DNA of 63,911 bases, counting the filler, from Octopus bimaculoides (lineage: Eukaryota): assembly GCF_001194135.2 (NCBI RefSeq). It is 5 parts of 5 records of this genome, joined end to end, with 100 filler letters (N's around TTAATTAATTAA, not from the genome) between each part and the next. Parts side by side here need not be neighbours in the genome. Positions count along the whole stretch, not along the records: positions 28,601 to 44,579 come from NC_068985.1; positions 44,680 to 56,052 come from NC_068994.1; 3 more parts are not named here. One strand, written 5' to 3'. This document shows positions 37,461-51,639 of the stretch, one piece after another. The translations under genes were made by a program, and so were the position numbers. Position 1 is the first letter of the stretch. Every line of letters starts with the position of its first letter. The notes beneath the pieces are model-generated. The model was given only the letters and a program-made list of their open reading frames with translations. It was not told the origin of the DNA and searched no databases.

Positions 37461-38707
37461 CTTTTTTTTTTTTCAATTTGGTTATCTCCTACTATAGTGT
37501 CTGAAATTAGAAAATTTCGAAATGGCAAAATGGAATCTGATTTTTCACTTGTGCATGCATGACTACATATACGTGGATGCATGAAAATGTGTGACTGTGC
37601 GAAACTATGTCTCTTTCTAAATGTTCATTTTTTTAATGAAAGCGTTCCAAATGTGATCACTCCATCTTTTTAAAGTATTCTAAATCAATTCTTCTTAAAA
37701 TGCGTACCAAAAATGACCGTGTGGTCTTTTTAAACTACATTATTCCTACGTTCCAAATATGCCCATCCCTACCCAAATAGCCCTTATGTTTACGTCCTTA
37801 AAAAAGGATAGATTAACATCCACTATACCCGAAAAATAAAAGATGGATTGGTCGCAAAAGCGATGTGGGATATTTGGCTAAAGAAATAAAAAAGGGTCAC
37901 ATTTAGAACACATAAAAAAAATACGACTACCACAGTCGGAACGCTTTTATTTATTTTAGCGCAACTAAGCCTGAGCAAATAAATAGGATGCTTTAATCTA
38001 CATTTCGAAAAATTGTCTCTTCCAAGCACCAAAAACGAATATGTTCCCTCGATTGCTAATAAATAAAAGTTTTTTTAAACTCTTCACACGAAGTGCACCA
38101 GTCAGTTTTTTTTATAATTTCAATATGTTACGAAATAACGAACATTAACAACGACTGGCTTCAATGTATATATTTGTCCCCTTCAGCATTTTACATTTTA
38201 TCAAATATTTCAAGAGCCAAAGATTCTAATCTTTTCATTCCTTTCCCACTCAGAACCGGTGTTGATTTCACCGGAAGTTCATTCTTACTTTAATGTTCGT
38301 CAGCTTTTTGTTTATATAACTGGAGCACTTTATTACCTACAATGTTCCGAGTTGGAAATTTTAGAAACTTACCTTATTTTTGTTTAAAATTTTATAGAAA
38401 ACAAGGTGATAAACTTTGCAATAATTTTTACTAATTTGGCAGGAAAGTTTATTGACTAATTCTTTAAAAATAATTCAGTGCTATTTTGCATCGATGCAAA
38501 ATCAACAGTTTCATTTAGTATGTCGCTTTAATTCATATTACCTCCAATTTAATTAACCTTTTCTCTAGTTGTGTAAATCTTTACTATCACTATTAAGCAA
38601 TATCATTCCACGTGTCTTTTATAGATACTTCTTTGTTTTCATTGTCGTACGAAAGTGAAAGTATTTCAGGTGTTTTCTAGCTCATATACTGGAGGGCAAG
38701 ATTGTCA

Positions 38708-39030
38708 AAGTCGTGACCGATAAATAAAGTCACAGGGAAAAAAGTCACAATTTTGGCTAAGAAAAAAGTCACAATTAATTTATGGTGGCGGTAATAAAGT
38801 CACAGAAAAAAAATCACAATTTTGTATAGGAAAGAAAGTCAGGTAATCAAACAAAAATATTCAAGTCAATCATAATTTATTGAAGTAATAAAACAAAATA
38901 TTTTAAATCAGTTATTAACTGGCAATACATGACTTGTACCTTTTGACAATTCTATTTATATATATGATGGTATTACACGTGACTTTTTTTTAACAGTGAA
39001 TTTTTTCCCCTGTGACTTCTGGATTCGTCA
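38708..39030. mobile_element. MITE-like element with subterminal aagtcaca repeats
   Basis: aagtcacagggaaaaaa on the left mirrored by ttttttcccctgtgactt on the right; several aagtcaca motifs; gtcaaag on both flanks. Confidence 0.55.
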
Positions 39031-39221
39031 AAGCGACTAAGTCCCTAATTTTGCAGAAAAGTAAAGCAATTACGTCATGCATTTGCTAATAACGGTACTC
39101 TTCTATTAACCTTCGATACATTTGGGTAGTTAATAACTATGCTTTATGAATATATTTTATATATGTTATATTGTTGGATCCTGTCTCAGTTATGACAATG
39201 CCATGCATGATGCTTTATAGG

Positions 39222-39389
39222 AGTTTTTCTCAACCATTTTTTAAACCTATGGACTCCTTTAATCCCTATTTTACTCAGATGGACCCCACCAGCCATTAAA
39301 ATATTTTTGTATTGTAAAAGTTAAACCAATTTATTGCACATAAATTTTAACAACAAAATCTTATATGGACTTTGATTGAGAACCACTGA
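39222..39389. mobile_element. Degenerate hAT MITE
   Basis: Right TIR attgagaaccactg; degenerate left gtttttctcaacc. Confidence 0.45.
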
Positions 39390-39724
39390 TTTATATTATC
39401 TTACCAGTACTCTCCTGTCCACTAATTCAGTGGTTTTCTGACAAATAACAGACACCCTTAAAATAATAAGAATATTAGCGAAACTTTCACCTTTTAACGA
39501 TAAGACTAAAAGCGTTTGCCTCTATTTAACTCTTCTTTTTTCATCATGATGCTGGACAAGTTTTATAAAGTTAAAAACCACCAAATATTATTAAATATGG
39601 CCTTATTAATCCCCCTTCTGATTACATCGGATTCCCCCTTCTGAAAAACACTGGTCTAAAATGTTTTTGTGTATAGCAGAAGGCCTGTCCAAAATGTGGA
39701 AGCAGTATTCCATTCAAAGTCTTG

Positions 39725-40050
39725 TTTGAGATTTGTTGAGTCAGGCAATGTGCTTGAATGACAAAGGGTTGAAAGAAAAACTGGGCCTAAGAGGAATTCG
39801 ATGTAATATGCAAGAGAGAAAACTATGTTGGTTTGGCCAGATGATGCATGTGGATGAAGATAGTTGTATAAAGAAGTGCCAATTGCTGACAGTAGATGGA
39901 ACCTGAAGAAGAGGGAGACCCAGGAAGATGTGGAGTAATGTGGTGAATGCTGATCCCAAGATGTTGAACTTCATAGAGGAGATGATAAAGGACCAAGATG
40001 ATTGGCAATACATCCTGCTTGACAAGACCTACCTACTATGCTAGCATGAC
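39725..40050 (+). mobile_element. RTE LINE 3' end
   Basis: LKEKLGLRGIRCNMQERKLCWFGQMM...VDGT*RRGRPRKMWSNVVNAD...DWQ. Confidence 0.8.
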
Positions 40051-42619
40051 ATTGCTGAAGTTTTGAAAACATTGGATACCTCACCCAGAGTCCTGGTCAA
40101 GACTACAACTGTTGCTTCTTTTTTCTCTCTCTCTTTTACTCTTTCTCTCTTTTCTTCCCTGCCACTGAGAAAACTGGGTCTTTTCCCCGAGCCACTTCCT
40201 ATTGACATCCATCCCTCATCTTTACCATTGTCACTCTCACCCATATTTACCATCATCCACCACGCATTTGTATCTGTCTCTCTTTCTCCTCCAACACTTG
40301 CAACCTTTAACTCCAGCTCTCATCACTTTCCTATCTAGTGTATTATTCTACTATTGTAAGTATACTATCAGTTTCCACTTACTTTCCTCTGTGCTACATC
40401 CAGTTGACATCTCTCTATCATTCTTATTGTCCTTCTATCCATATATTTACCATTGATCAACACCACTCCTGTTCACCATTCCCATCATTCACCTTCATTC
40501 ATCTAACCACCTCCACCCCCATGTTTATATCTATCTCTCACCCTCCCCTTATATTCTAACAACCCGTACTCCTGATTCTCCTGTCTCAAGGCTCTTTTCT
40601 ACTCATCTTCTTGAATATATTACCTTGATGGTATGTCACCATCATATTTACCTCTCTTTGTGGTATCACTCCCATCCACTCGTAAACTATGAAGCTGCCA
40701 TAAATCTCCCCCACAACAAACCTCTTCCTATCTTACATTAACCTTTCAACATCTTATATAAATCAAGCATTTTATTTCCTATTACCTTTGTCAGGCAAAA
40801 GGACTCTTTAGTCTTGTGAGTTACAAAGTAACCTCATTAGTGTTGATGCTATGACAAAATTACTGTAAAGTAGTTGGCATTTGGAAAGGCATCAAGCTGT
40901 AGAAATCATACCAAAACTGAAATACTGAAACATGGCATGGTTCTACAACTCATTGAATCTTGTCAAACTATTCAACCCATAACCTTATGGAAAGTGTACA
41001 TAAAAATGATGATGATGATGATAACAATGGTAACTGCAGTGGCAATGAAGTACTTTCTGTTCCTGAAAAAGAAGGTTATAGTTTTGTGATGCAAGTTTAG
41101 ATATATTTTGTATGTGGGGATCATAAGACAAGATTATCAGAGATTATTAAGCTTTGTTATAGCAAGTTTGAGGATCTTAATTGCATGTTATCCTAAACTA
41201 GAAAGGACGAGGTACAGAATTTTTTTCCTTGATATGATCTATATATAACTAAAGATCTCTACAATACTTTATCAAATAAAGTGAGTACCCTACTATTAGA
41301 GCAATGCATCATTCTTTTACAACCAATTTTTATAATGTGCCTTTTTTCATATATTCCTTTGGATAAAGAACTTTCAGAGGGTGAAAGAAAATTCTATACC
41401 ATTTGTTACAATTATGTTATTAAAATATTTTGAAGTTATTTTATGTTATATCTGTTCTCTGATGAAATACATGTGAATTATCATCTTCCTCTAATGTAAT
41501 ATATTTGAATGTTTCTCTTATAGATTTTGTAGAATAAAACCCTTTATTAGAAGCTTTTATAACTAATTCATAACATCATGACATGTACAACTGTATGATT
41601 ACTTATTAAATTATACTTGTTGTATGTAATTAAGAAAGCATACTTACTATATATGAAATAAAATTTTAGCTTTTGATTTTTAAAATTATGTTGTTATTCT
41701 GTAACTCTAGTTACTTATTGTATAGGATGGCATAAAAGATACATGAGCACTTTAGATGCACATCAGTTTCAGCAGCACATATTCAAGAAAAAGTTTTTAC
41801 TGCATTAAAGCATGTAATGTAGGCCCACCTTTATATATAGGACCCAAGGCAAATTTTTTGTGAGTGTTTATTTAAAATAAGTGTCTTATATGCCATCAAA
41901 TACAATATTTTTTTGTACACCTGAAGCACAAAAGTAACTGTTTGAATACCAGTAATATCTTTCATATCTTTCTGGCATATTGGTTAATATTTGTTTAACA
42001 ATGCTGATCATTGTCATCACATCTGAGCATGCAGTTCTAAAATTTTATGAATCAAGATATGATCCTTGTTTTAGCTAAGGATGGATGAAAATCTACTAAT
42101 TTATTAATTTATTAATGAAAATTTACTTGTGATATTAGGATAATAACTGCTTAGAAACTCTCTCAATGGCTTGACTAACATTGTATAGTTTGCCTTTAAA
42201 ATAGTCTTAATATGAACTTATCCTTTGAATTGCATTACTTTTAATTTTTATACAGATAAAATACTCCACAGAAAGAATTGTTCTGCATTAAAGGAAGTCA
42301 TGAATTTTCCAAGGCAGATTATGGTAATAATTTCCTCATCATACTTCATCTTTTCATCTCCTGAAATCAACCTCCCCCCCTCTCTCTTATTCTCCTTTCA
42401 GTCATGGCAGTTTTTTAGTCTTGCCAATTACAAGGTGACCTCACTTGTTCAGGTTCCATGAACACAGTAACCTGTACTTTGTAAAGTAGTTGACATTAGG
42501 AATGGCATCCATCTGTAGAGACCACCACAAAACTAAAACATTGGAAAGCAGTGCAGGCTTCTATTCCATCAGATCTTGTTAAACTATTGAATTGTATGAT
42601 TTTATACTTACTTACATTG

Positions 42620-43103
42620 ACAAAACCCAAACCAAACAATAACAAAGAAGATCTACTGCAAGCAGCTTAAGTCAGCACTAGAAGAAAAACAAACCATCTT
42701 TGGTTTCAAGACAAAAGGTGCTCATCCATCAGGATAATGCTCGGCCACATACAATGAGGATGACATTCCAAAGGCTGGAGCAGTTTGAATGGGAAACGAT
42801 AACGCCCTACCCACCATATTCACCTGACATTGCCCCATCTGATTATCATTTATTCTGTAGTCTTCAAAATCATTTGGATGAAAAAAAATATGAATCCTGT
42901 AGATGAGGTCAGAACAGTACTGGAGGAGTACTTTTCGTCACAGACAAGTGAATTTTGGAAGAGGGCTTTGTAGGTCTACCAGACAGATGTAAGAGCATTG
43001 TAGAAAATGAAGGAGAGGATATTTTATATTAAAAAAGAACTTTATCTTAATCTTGAAAAATAAAAAAAAGTATAAAAAAGCGCATTATTTATGGGATGAC
43101 CCT
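42620..43103 (+). mobile_element. Mariner 3' fragment with right TIR
   Basis: HQDNARPH, YPPYSPDIAPSDYHLFCSLQN (D34D region); ends ttatttatgggatgaccctg-TA. Confidence 0.88.
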
Positions 43104-44084
43104 GTATGTGTGAGTGTAGGTTTGTGTCTCCTTGCCTTGACATTACGTTAGTGTAAATGAGTGTCACTGTCACATAAGTAGTGTCATTCATTTCCAATAT
43201 TCTGCAAAGATATGTCTGGCTAGGGAGAAATGTTACCTTGCTTGAAAACAGGTGAGGACTGGCAACAGGAAGGACTGCCAGCTGTAGAAATTCTGCCTCA
43301 GAAAACTGCACCTGATCCATACAAGCACAGAAAAGTGGATGTTAAATAATACTGATGCCCAATTATATGATTATTATTCATGCTAACATTCTGACATTAG
43401 CAGTACTTGAAAAAATTTTCTTAATCTGGTATTGCCATTAAAGAATAGTTACTGGTTCATCTAGAGATGTTACCTGAAATAAACTAGCATTCTGTCCATT
43501 TGATTTAGTTTGGAGCCTTATGTTATTCAATATTTATTGATAATTGATCAATAGTCTGACAATAACTTGATCTATTTATGTCATGCTTTCTATTGTAGTA
43601 GCCTGTATGTTGTGGTTTCTTCTTTTTCTCCCCATTAGTCAAAGCTGCTGCATTGCCTCGTCAGAAAAATCATTAAAAACACACACACAAAGGAATATTA
43701 CACATCCAGAATACCATAACTTGCTTTATATTTAATAAACACCGTATGAGCTTTTGTTGTTGCATTGCCCCAGGACTGCCACAGGAAGTAGATCTGTGAA
43801 TAAAGGCATTCAAATCATAACCTATCTTCAAACACAGTGTATCTTAGACTGCAGTATCTGATATGTCCTCTTTTTTAAAGATAGTAGGATGTTATTTGAG
43901 AGAGAATTGGCTGCTGTTTCTAGTAGGTCAAATGATTCTATTGAGACTCCATCAATAGCTCAGCAAGTTCTAAAGATTACTAAAATACACAATCCTGGTC
44001 CTACAATTTTAAAAATAAATGTCTTTAATTAATTTCATTGTTTTTGTAGAAATGGAAATTAGTTTTGAAAGAACTATATAATAG

Positions 44085-44230
44085 GTGCAAGCATGGCTAT
44101 GTGGTCAAAAAACTCACTCTGCAACTACATGATTTCAGGTTCAGTTCCACTGCATGGTACCTTGGGCAAGTGTCTTCTGCTATAACTCAGGGTCAATCAA
44201 TGCCTTGTTAGTGAATTTGGTAGATGCAGA
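44085..44230 (+). mobile_element. SINE family C head
   Basis: gcaagcatggctatgtgg...caggttcagttccactgcatggtaccttgggcaagtgtcttc. Confidence 0.7.
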
Positions 44231-44264
44231 GGTCTATTGTGCATATGTATGTATGTCGTCATCG

Positions 44265-44500
44265 TCGTTGTCGTCGTTTAACGTCCGCTTTCCATGCTGG
44301 CATGGGTTGGACGATTTGACTGAGGACTGGTGAAACCAGATGGCTACACCAGGCTCCAATCTGATTTGGCAGTGTTTCTACAGCTGGATGCCCTTCCTAA
44401 CGCCAACCACTCAGAGAGTGTAGTGGGTGCTTTTACGTGTCACCCGCACGAAGGCGAGTCAGGCGGTACTGGCAACGGCCACGCTCATCTCACTCGAGAA
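44265..44500 (-). mobile_element. Well-preserved SINE family B copy
   Basis: tcgtcgtttaacgtccgctttccatgctggcatgggttggacg...ctggatgcccttcctaacgccaacc; CpGs intact. Confidence 0.8.
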
Positions 44501-45035
44501 ACCTCATGTGTCACCCGCACAAGAGCCAGTCCAGGGGCACCAGCAACGATCTCGCTTGAAAATCCCACAACAACCCCACNNNNNNNNNNNNNNNNNNNNN
44601 NNNNNNNNNNNNNNNNNNNNNNNTTAATTAATTAANNNNNNNNNNNNNNNNNNNNNNNNNNNNNNNNNNNNNNNNNNNNTTCTACCACCTCCTAGATTTC
44701 GATTATCTCTCCTATACCGGAAGAAATCCCTAATTACCTCCCCCTATCTAGAACTCTTCTTTTTCAGACTGGAGCGAACACGTTACAATGAAGTAGAGAA
44801 ATTTGAAAAGACAACACGAAACCGGTTATTTCTCAAAATACAATGTTTATATACCAAAAAGATTTTATAACATTTTTCTGACATAATTTAAATATATACT
44901 TTAACCAAGTAACACAAGCCTTCTGTAGTATTTTCACTCTTATTATCTTTTATATATATATATATATATAGTTTTAGGGAAAAGAACAGTGGATTTTCAT
45001 CGATGAGTTCATGAACCTTGGTTCATTTCCCTAAA

Positions 45036-45069
<34 letters not shown>

Positions 45070-45075
<6 letters not shown>

Positions 45076-45760
45076 ACATTGTAGACTTCTATCCTTCTAT
45101 ATTGAAACCTCTCCTCTTGAAGTCCCTGGATTTTGCTAAGCAGATTCATTAGTATAAGAGACCCCAATGCCAGAAAGTCAATCCTGGTTCACAACGATTC
45201 TTTCTCGGTGAAGAAAGAAGGTGAGCCACTGTTGGACTTTCTGCGGAGAGCTATGATAGGTCTAAGATTGCTGACCTTGTTGGTTTATTTATATTGGATA
45301 CCCTCGAGAAATTCATGCACCTACCTAGGTTGACCTTTTTACAGGGACAACAGCCAGGCAATCTCAAGCCATATGAATGGCCATGCCATGGACAAGTTTA
45401 GAAGGAACCTGATAAAGATATTCAAAAAATTCGACCAGTCCGTACGAATTACCAGCTTGACCATGGTTGAATTCCTAAACATGTATCCGGACCTGAAAAC
45501 GGGCAAGTATTACCCTTCCAGGAAGCCTAATGAAGGGACTGTGTACATCCATAGAAGCTTAAATCACCACCCCACTGCCGCAATAATTAGAAACCGAGTC
45601 TCAGGCATTAACAGAATATCTAAGCATTTGGTTGATAAGGAGAACTTCACAGAACTGCCCCCACCCCCTACAGCGATGCATTAGTGAGGAATATGTTTAC
45701 CAAAAAGTTAGCATATATGGGTTCGAAATTTTTCATAGTAGAATATTCTAAAAGATGGTT
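45070..45760 (+). mobile_element. Penelope-like RT fragment (distinct family)
   Basis: FDIVDFYPSI, ARKSIL...VKKEG, FYRDN, DKFRRNLIKIFK, RKPN..VYIHRS.NH. Confidence 0.8.
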
Positions 45761-45861
45761 GCTACTTTTAAGAAGAAAAAGACCGACAACGAAAGAAAAA
45801 AAAGTATGTAGAAAAAAACAGTTGAAAATTGTAAATGAATGCTATCTACATTCTGTATGCG

Positions 45862-45914
<53 letters not shown>

Positions 45915-45980
45915 ACACAAACAAACACACGCACACACACAATTCAGTCATTGTATCGCAGCCATGCTGGGGCACCACTA

Positions 45981-46453
45981 TGTTTGCTGTTAACTATGGT
46001 GTAATAGTTCATGAACAGTGCTATGTTAGAACTTGTGCAGTGTTGCTCTGTACGTAGAGATGTTGTTGACGACATTGGTGAGAGACATAATGGTGGCGAC
46101 GAAGATGGAGGTCGCTGTAATGCTGTTGGACGGGTGTTGTCTAGCGTCGTCGCTGGAACTGGCTGTGTCGTGTGGTCAGTGGTTAGACCTCGAGACAAGG
46201 AAAAGTTGAGTTTTTATAAGTAACAGTAGGCTTGAATTGAGGTTTAGAACAGACTGTCTCACGTGATCGTATTAAGGGACTCCGATTGGTTAGGTTGCAT
46301 ATTGGCGCGATAGAGTAAGAGACAATACCATCCAATCAGAGTGGTGGACACAACGGGTCCAATCATCGGCTAAAGGTTAGCTGTTATCTGCTACGTCCGA
46401 ATGTATGTATATATAATAAAGGAGAGAGGAATTTCACTAGAGTGTACACTACA
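45981..46453 (-). mobile_element. LTR-like repeat copy 1 (473 bp)
   Basis: TG...CA termini on both strands; direct repeat of 48095-48593; minus strand has CCAAT and ttataaaaa motifs. Confidence 0.7.
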
Positions 46454-48094
46454 GACAGCACCCGTACCCCCAAGTTATTTTGTGGGAGACAATATAGACG
46501 ATAAAACTTGATGTGCAAACGTGACAAACTTACGTCCAGCTGAGTGGAAATAACAGGAATGTGAAAAATCAAAGTGCATGAGAGAAGAATATTGGCTGTT
46601 GTAAGAATGAGCAGTGCCAAGAATTTTCCTGCAAAACAGCGAGTCGTTTGCAGAAGCAAAGGCTGTAGGTGCTAGAAAAGCGACAGTGACTAGCGAAGCG
46701 AGTTAAGCCATAAAGATGGCAGCAAAAGAAAGAAGTTCCAACATGCAAAAAACTTGGTGCTGATCAGGCACCAAAGGAAGAAAATGCATGAAACGCTACA
46801 TGATGCAAGGAAAAATGCGTTTATTAGAGGTAATTTGTGCATCCTACAAACCAACGAAGAAACGCATGAGAAAAACACGTAAGAAGCTTTTTGCCGGATG
46901 AGAAAAGGCTGGAGAAAAACATGAATAAATTAGAAATGTGTCGGAGTGGATAGCATGAGGCAGACAGCATGTATGTGTGTATATATGAACGTTGAGTAAA
47001 AAATATTTGACAGTAAAAAAAAACATATGAACAAAAATTTAACAATCAAAAACAGGAACAATGTGAAAAATGTGCCTTGAAAAGTGAAGACATTCGAAAA
47101 ATATGTAAAGCCAGTCTTTTGAAAGGACAAACACGCAAATAGTTCATTGAGTACAGAGAGTCCACTTTGATGTTAGAGAATAACGTGGTGAATATGAAAA
47201 ATGCTGGAATCCAAAATGGCACAGTAGAAGACAAGTGTTCATTGAAAAAAGAGGCGCCAAAGGGTGGAATACAGTTCGAGGATTGCAGGAGCGGCAGTGG
47301 CGGTCGTGACAATGCGTCTAGTTGAGAGGTACAGATGAGTGGCATTTCTTGAAAACGCTGTCATGATATCAGAGTTGCGAGCAAGAGTGACCAAAAGATA
47401 CCGTGCAAATGAAGATAAGCCAGAACTCCCCTATTCTCCGGCCGTCAGAAGGGGAGAGGTGACGAAAAATGCTGAACTATGAACAAAAAGGCATTAAGAA
47501 ATGTTATGTACTCACTGGAAATGTAATCGTGCATTTTAATGCTATTTTTAGCGAGTAGAGGACGCTGTGTAAGAATGAACTGACGTCTCGTGAAACATGA
47601 AGGAAACTGTTTAAAAGGTTGTTAGGATGAAATAACCGTAAAGTTTTATGTGTGAAAACCCACAAGGGTCACAGCCGCAAAGAAGTCTTTAGCTATAAGC
47701 TCTGGAAGTCATTGACTGAATGAAAAACTTAAACGTAGAAAAATTTTCTTAGCTTTGCACTTGTGGATGATAATGTAAAGGCAATCCTGAGGTTGAACGT
47801 CGCGAAGCATACGAATTCAATGGCTGTTGAAACGAAGGCACTGAACTACGGAAAGGAATGCGTTTCTAAGTCGGGTCCGTGTTCCACGTCGAGGTCACCG
47901 TTATAGATGATTGTGGTGATGACCATTATAGATAGTGGTCCGTGGTGCGTGTAGTGTGACCATCTAATATCGACTCGTATCAGAAGGTTGAAATAATACA
48001 TATAATGTACCAGTTGGAAAGGAGAGAGACACAACCGCGTAGAAGGCTCATGAAAGATTTATTGATATTTTTACATGCATCTCTGTGGGTTGTA

Positions 48095-48593
48095 TGTTTG
48101 CTGTTAACAATGGTGAAGTAGTTCATGAACAGTGCTATGTTAGAACTTGTGCAGTGTTGCTCTGGACGTAGAGATGTTGTTGACGACGTTGGTGAGAGAC
48201 ATGATGGTGGCGACAAAGATGGAGGTCACTGTAATGCTGTTGGACGAGTGTTGTCTGGCATCGTCACTGGAACTAACTGTGTCGTGTGGTCATTGGTTAG
48301 ACCTTAGAAGGTCTGGAACCAAAGACCTCGAGACAAGGAGAAGTTGAGTTTTTATAAGTAACAGTAGGCTCAAAGTGGGGTTTAGAACAGACTGTCTCGC
48401 GTGATCGTATTTAGGGACTCCGATTGGTTAGGTTGAATATTGGCGCGATAGAGTAAGAGACAAATTGCGCCAATACCAATCAATCAGAGTGGTGGACACA
48501 ACGGAGTCCACCCCCCCCCCCGTTATCAGCTACGACCGAATGTATGTATATTATAATAAAGGAGAGAGGAATTTAACTAGAGTGTACGCTACA
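48095..48593 (-). mobile_element. LTR-like repeat copy 2 (499 bp)
   Basis: Same termini (tgtttgctg...ctaca); short extra segments relative to copy 1. Confidence 0.7.
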
Positions 48594-50148
48594 ATGAGAT
48601 TGAATCATTCTACCGAAAAGGGTTCAGCACAAAATGTTCTCAGCAACTGAAACAGGCTTAAAACAAAATATTATCTATATATATATAGCTGAGTTTGTGA
48701 GTGTGTGTGTATGTGTATCCAATTCATACATTTACACAATTCCAAATTTCTTGAATGAAACAATCGGAATTAATATTCTAAATACCATAACCTAGGTAAT
48801 TGCGTCATTTTTTCCGTCAAAATCAATCACAGTTACCAATAAAATCCATTAAACTGCGCAAAATAACATTTCCCCTCTCTAATAAAACCTAAATTTCCTC
48901 TTTCTACGACCTTTACAAATCCTTTCAACTCCTACTTTCTCTTATGAACGTTTACGAACGATAACTCCTACTCTCTCTTATGCATACAAAGTCATAGATT
49001 AAACTTTGCTTTTAGTTACACTGTATGTAAACAAACAAGTTTGTTTTTCGAAGCGCTGAAATGTATGGTAGTACAAGTAGAAAGATAGATTTTATTCAAC
49101 GCAAAGATACTGAACAGTATACATATAAGGGATAAAATCCTTTTTTTCTTTTTAAAAGCATCTATTACACTATTTTCCCTTTGTTTCTTGACTCCCGTAA
49201 GGCGTCTCAGAACATTCACGCTTTAGTTTGACCGACAGGACAACACATTGCAAAATCACTGAACTTCATTACAAATGTGGGTAATTTTTCAGATTAACAC
49301 CCGCACGATTTTCACTAGGGTGTTAGGGTTACGGTTAGGGGGTAGTCTTCAAGTTTAGGGATAAAAAAAGTAAATAAAAATCAAGTGAAGTCTTACTGTC
49401 TTACCAGTATTATCCGTACTACTCTGCTTATAAATAAATCACACACGTGATTTGATTGAAGTTAACTGAGAGATCGAAAATGCCTCGTGGAAGACCGGAA
49501 TATTTTTATTTACTTTTTTTACCTCCCTAAACTTGAAGATTACCTTATTTTCATCTTATCTACATGAATTTCTATGGCGGAATTCAACCCCAAAAGAAAA
49601 AAAATCATTCGTTTATTTTTTGGCTGCCATTTCTGACGTTTATAATGTTGAGTAGGTTAATTTCTAGAACTGCATGCTGNNNNNNNNNNNNNNNNNNNNN
49701 NNNNNNNNNNNNNNNNNNNNNNNNNNNNNNNNNNNNNNNNNNNNNNNNNNNNNNNNNNNNNNNNNNNNNNNNNNNNNNNNNNNNNNNNNNNNNNNNNNNN
49801 NNNNNNNNNNNNNNNNNNNNNNNNNNNNNNNNNNNNNNNNNNNNNNNNNNNNNNNNNNNNNNNNNNNNNNNNNNNNNNNNNNNNNNNNNNNNNNNNNNNN
49901 NNNNNNNNNNNNNNNNNNNNNNNNNNNNNNNNNNNNNNNNNNNNNNNNNNNNNNNNNNNNNNNNNNNNNNNNNNNNNNNNNNNNNNNNNNNNNNNNNNNN
50001 NNNNNNNNNNNNNNNNNNNNNNNNNNNNNNNNNNNNNNNNNNNNNNNNNNNNNNNNNNNNNNNNNNNNNNNNNNNNNNNNNNNNNNNNNNNNNNNNNNNN
50101 NNNNNNNNNNNNNNNNNNNNNNNNNNNNNNNNNNNNNNNNNNNNNNNN

Positions 50149-50673
50149 AATATATACATAGATTATGCCTCCAAAGAAGAGAACTTGCTGGGGAAAGAAA
50201 GCAACCGGTTTAAAAAGACAGCAACAGACTGCAGCAATTCACCACATTTCAGAAGCTACTTTGAACATAATGCAAAATGGTGCATCAACATCTTCTGCCC
50301 AATCTGTTAGAATTCTGGCAAAAATGTGTAGCAACAAATCGCCAGCAATTGCTTCATCAGAAATTGCCGTCCTAGCTCCTGCGAAAAGGGATTACCCTGC
50401 TATGTATAATCAGGGCAGTGCAAAAAGTTGTTTTGCACATATCATTTGTATAGCCAATTAGACGGATGAAATTTACGTACGATTAATAATGTTACACAAA
50501 ACAGCCTTCAAATTTGCCCTTTTAATTTCATCGTCTTTTGAATTACGAACATATTTACATCATAAGTGTTTTTTCGTTGTAAGTCTTTCTTTTTTAGTTG
50601 ATTTTCACCTAGCAAGACTTATCGTAGATGGCGTAATAAGTCACACCCGGACAACGTCGGGTTATACTGCTAG
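50149..50673 (+). mobile_element. Probable Helitron 3' end
   Basis: Subterminal hairpin acccggacaacgtcgggt (50645-50662) followed by CTAG|T (50670-50674). Confidence 0.65.
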
Positions 50674-51639
50674 TTAGCATTAAAGAAGCAAGAAGAAAAT
50701 ACACGCCATTAACGATAATACATGTGTAAGAAAAAAGCAATGAACATTTTTGAATGGCTTATATCACATGCAAATATCAAATGAAGCTGTAAAGATATTC
50801 GAACATGCAATATTTACCAATTAGAAACAAATCAGAAGTTACTTGTGTTTGCGCATTCGCATAAACTGTTGTATGGTCACTAACACTTCGCTTCGGCTAA
50901 GGACAGTATAAAAGAAAGTTACTGTATATCATTGCATAAGTGTTACTAGAAGTCCATAAAAAATATGCGTCTTTAAAAAATAATATCAAAGCAGTCATTG
51001 AAATTTATGATGAATAGAGCAGCGAGATATTCCTCAAAACAGAACCTATTGTTTTATGTTTGTATATGTATTTTGACCATGATAAGATATTTCTACGTTG
51101 CAGATGGTTCTGTTAGAAATAGCAGCTACATCTCTCTCAAATCACTCCATACCAAAAAAACATTTAAATTCATGTTGTCTAAAAATCTAATGTATGTTAG
51201 AGCTGTTAGAGATTGTAGCCAAATCTCCCGACAAATCACACCATTCTGTTTTTTGTGTCTGTCTCTGTCTTTAGATGTGTGTCAGGCGTCACAAAAATGT
51301 ATGTATACTGAGAGACACATACACCAACGTACACATATACTTGTCAGTCATCGGTCTGACGTTGGTAGCGAACGCACTCATATAGAAAATGTGACATCAT
51401 CGTCATTGTGGTGGTGATATAAAATGTTTACGATAGTTAACTAAAAGAAAAACGATAATGTTAACGTTTTGTAATGCAAATATGTGAATGAAAATATAGT
51501 TTTGTTGGTAGCCAAAAGCTTACTGAATCTTTTGATACCTCTTACGTCAAAATCGACAACTCGGTTTTGGAATGCATAAGGAACATACTCGCACACACAT
51601 ACACACATGCAAACTCTCTTTTATAGTTATATATATGTA

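Noticed and set aside
32922-37835. Shared 14-mer cactatacccgaaa at 32922 and 37822
   Set aside because: Several exact 14-mer matches are expected by chance among all position pairs in 64 kb.
44765-44830. cgaaaccggt resembling a hammerhead stem III
   Set aside because: No CUGANGA core or stem II upstream.
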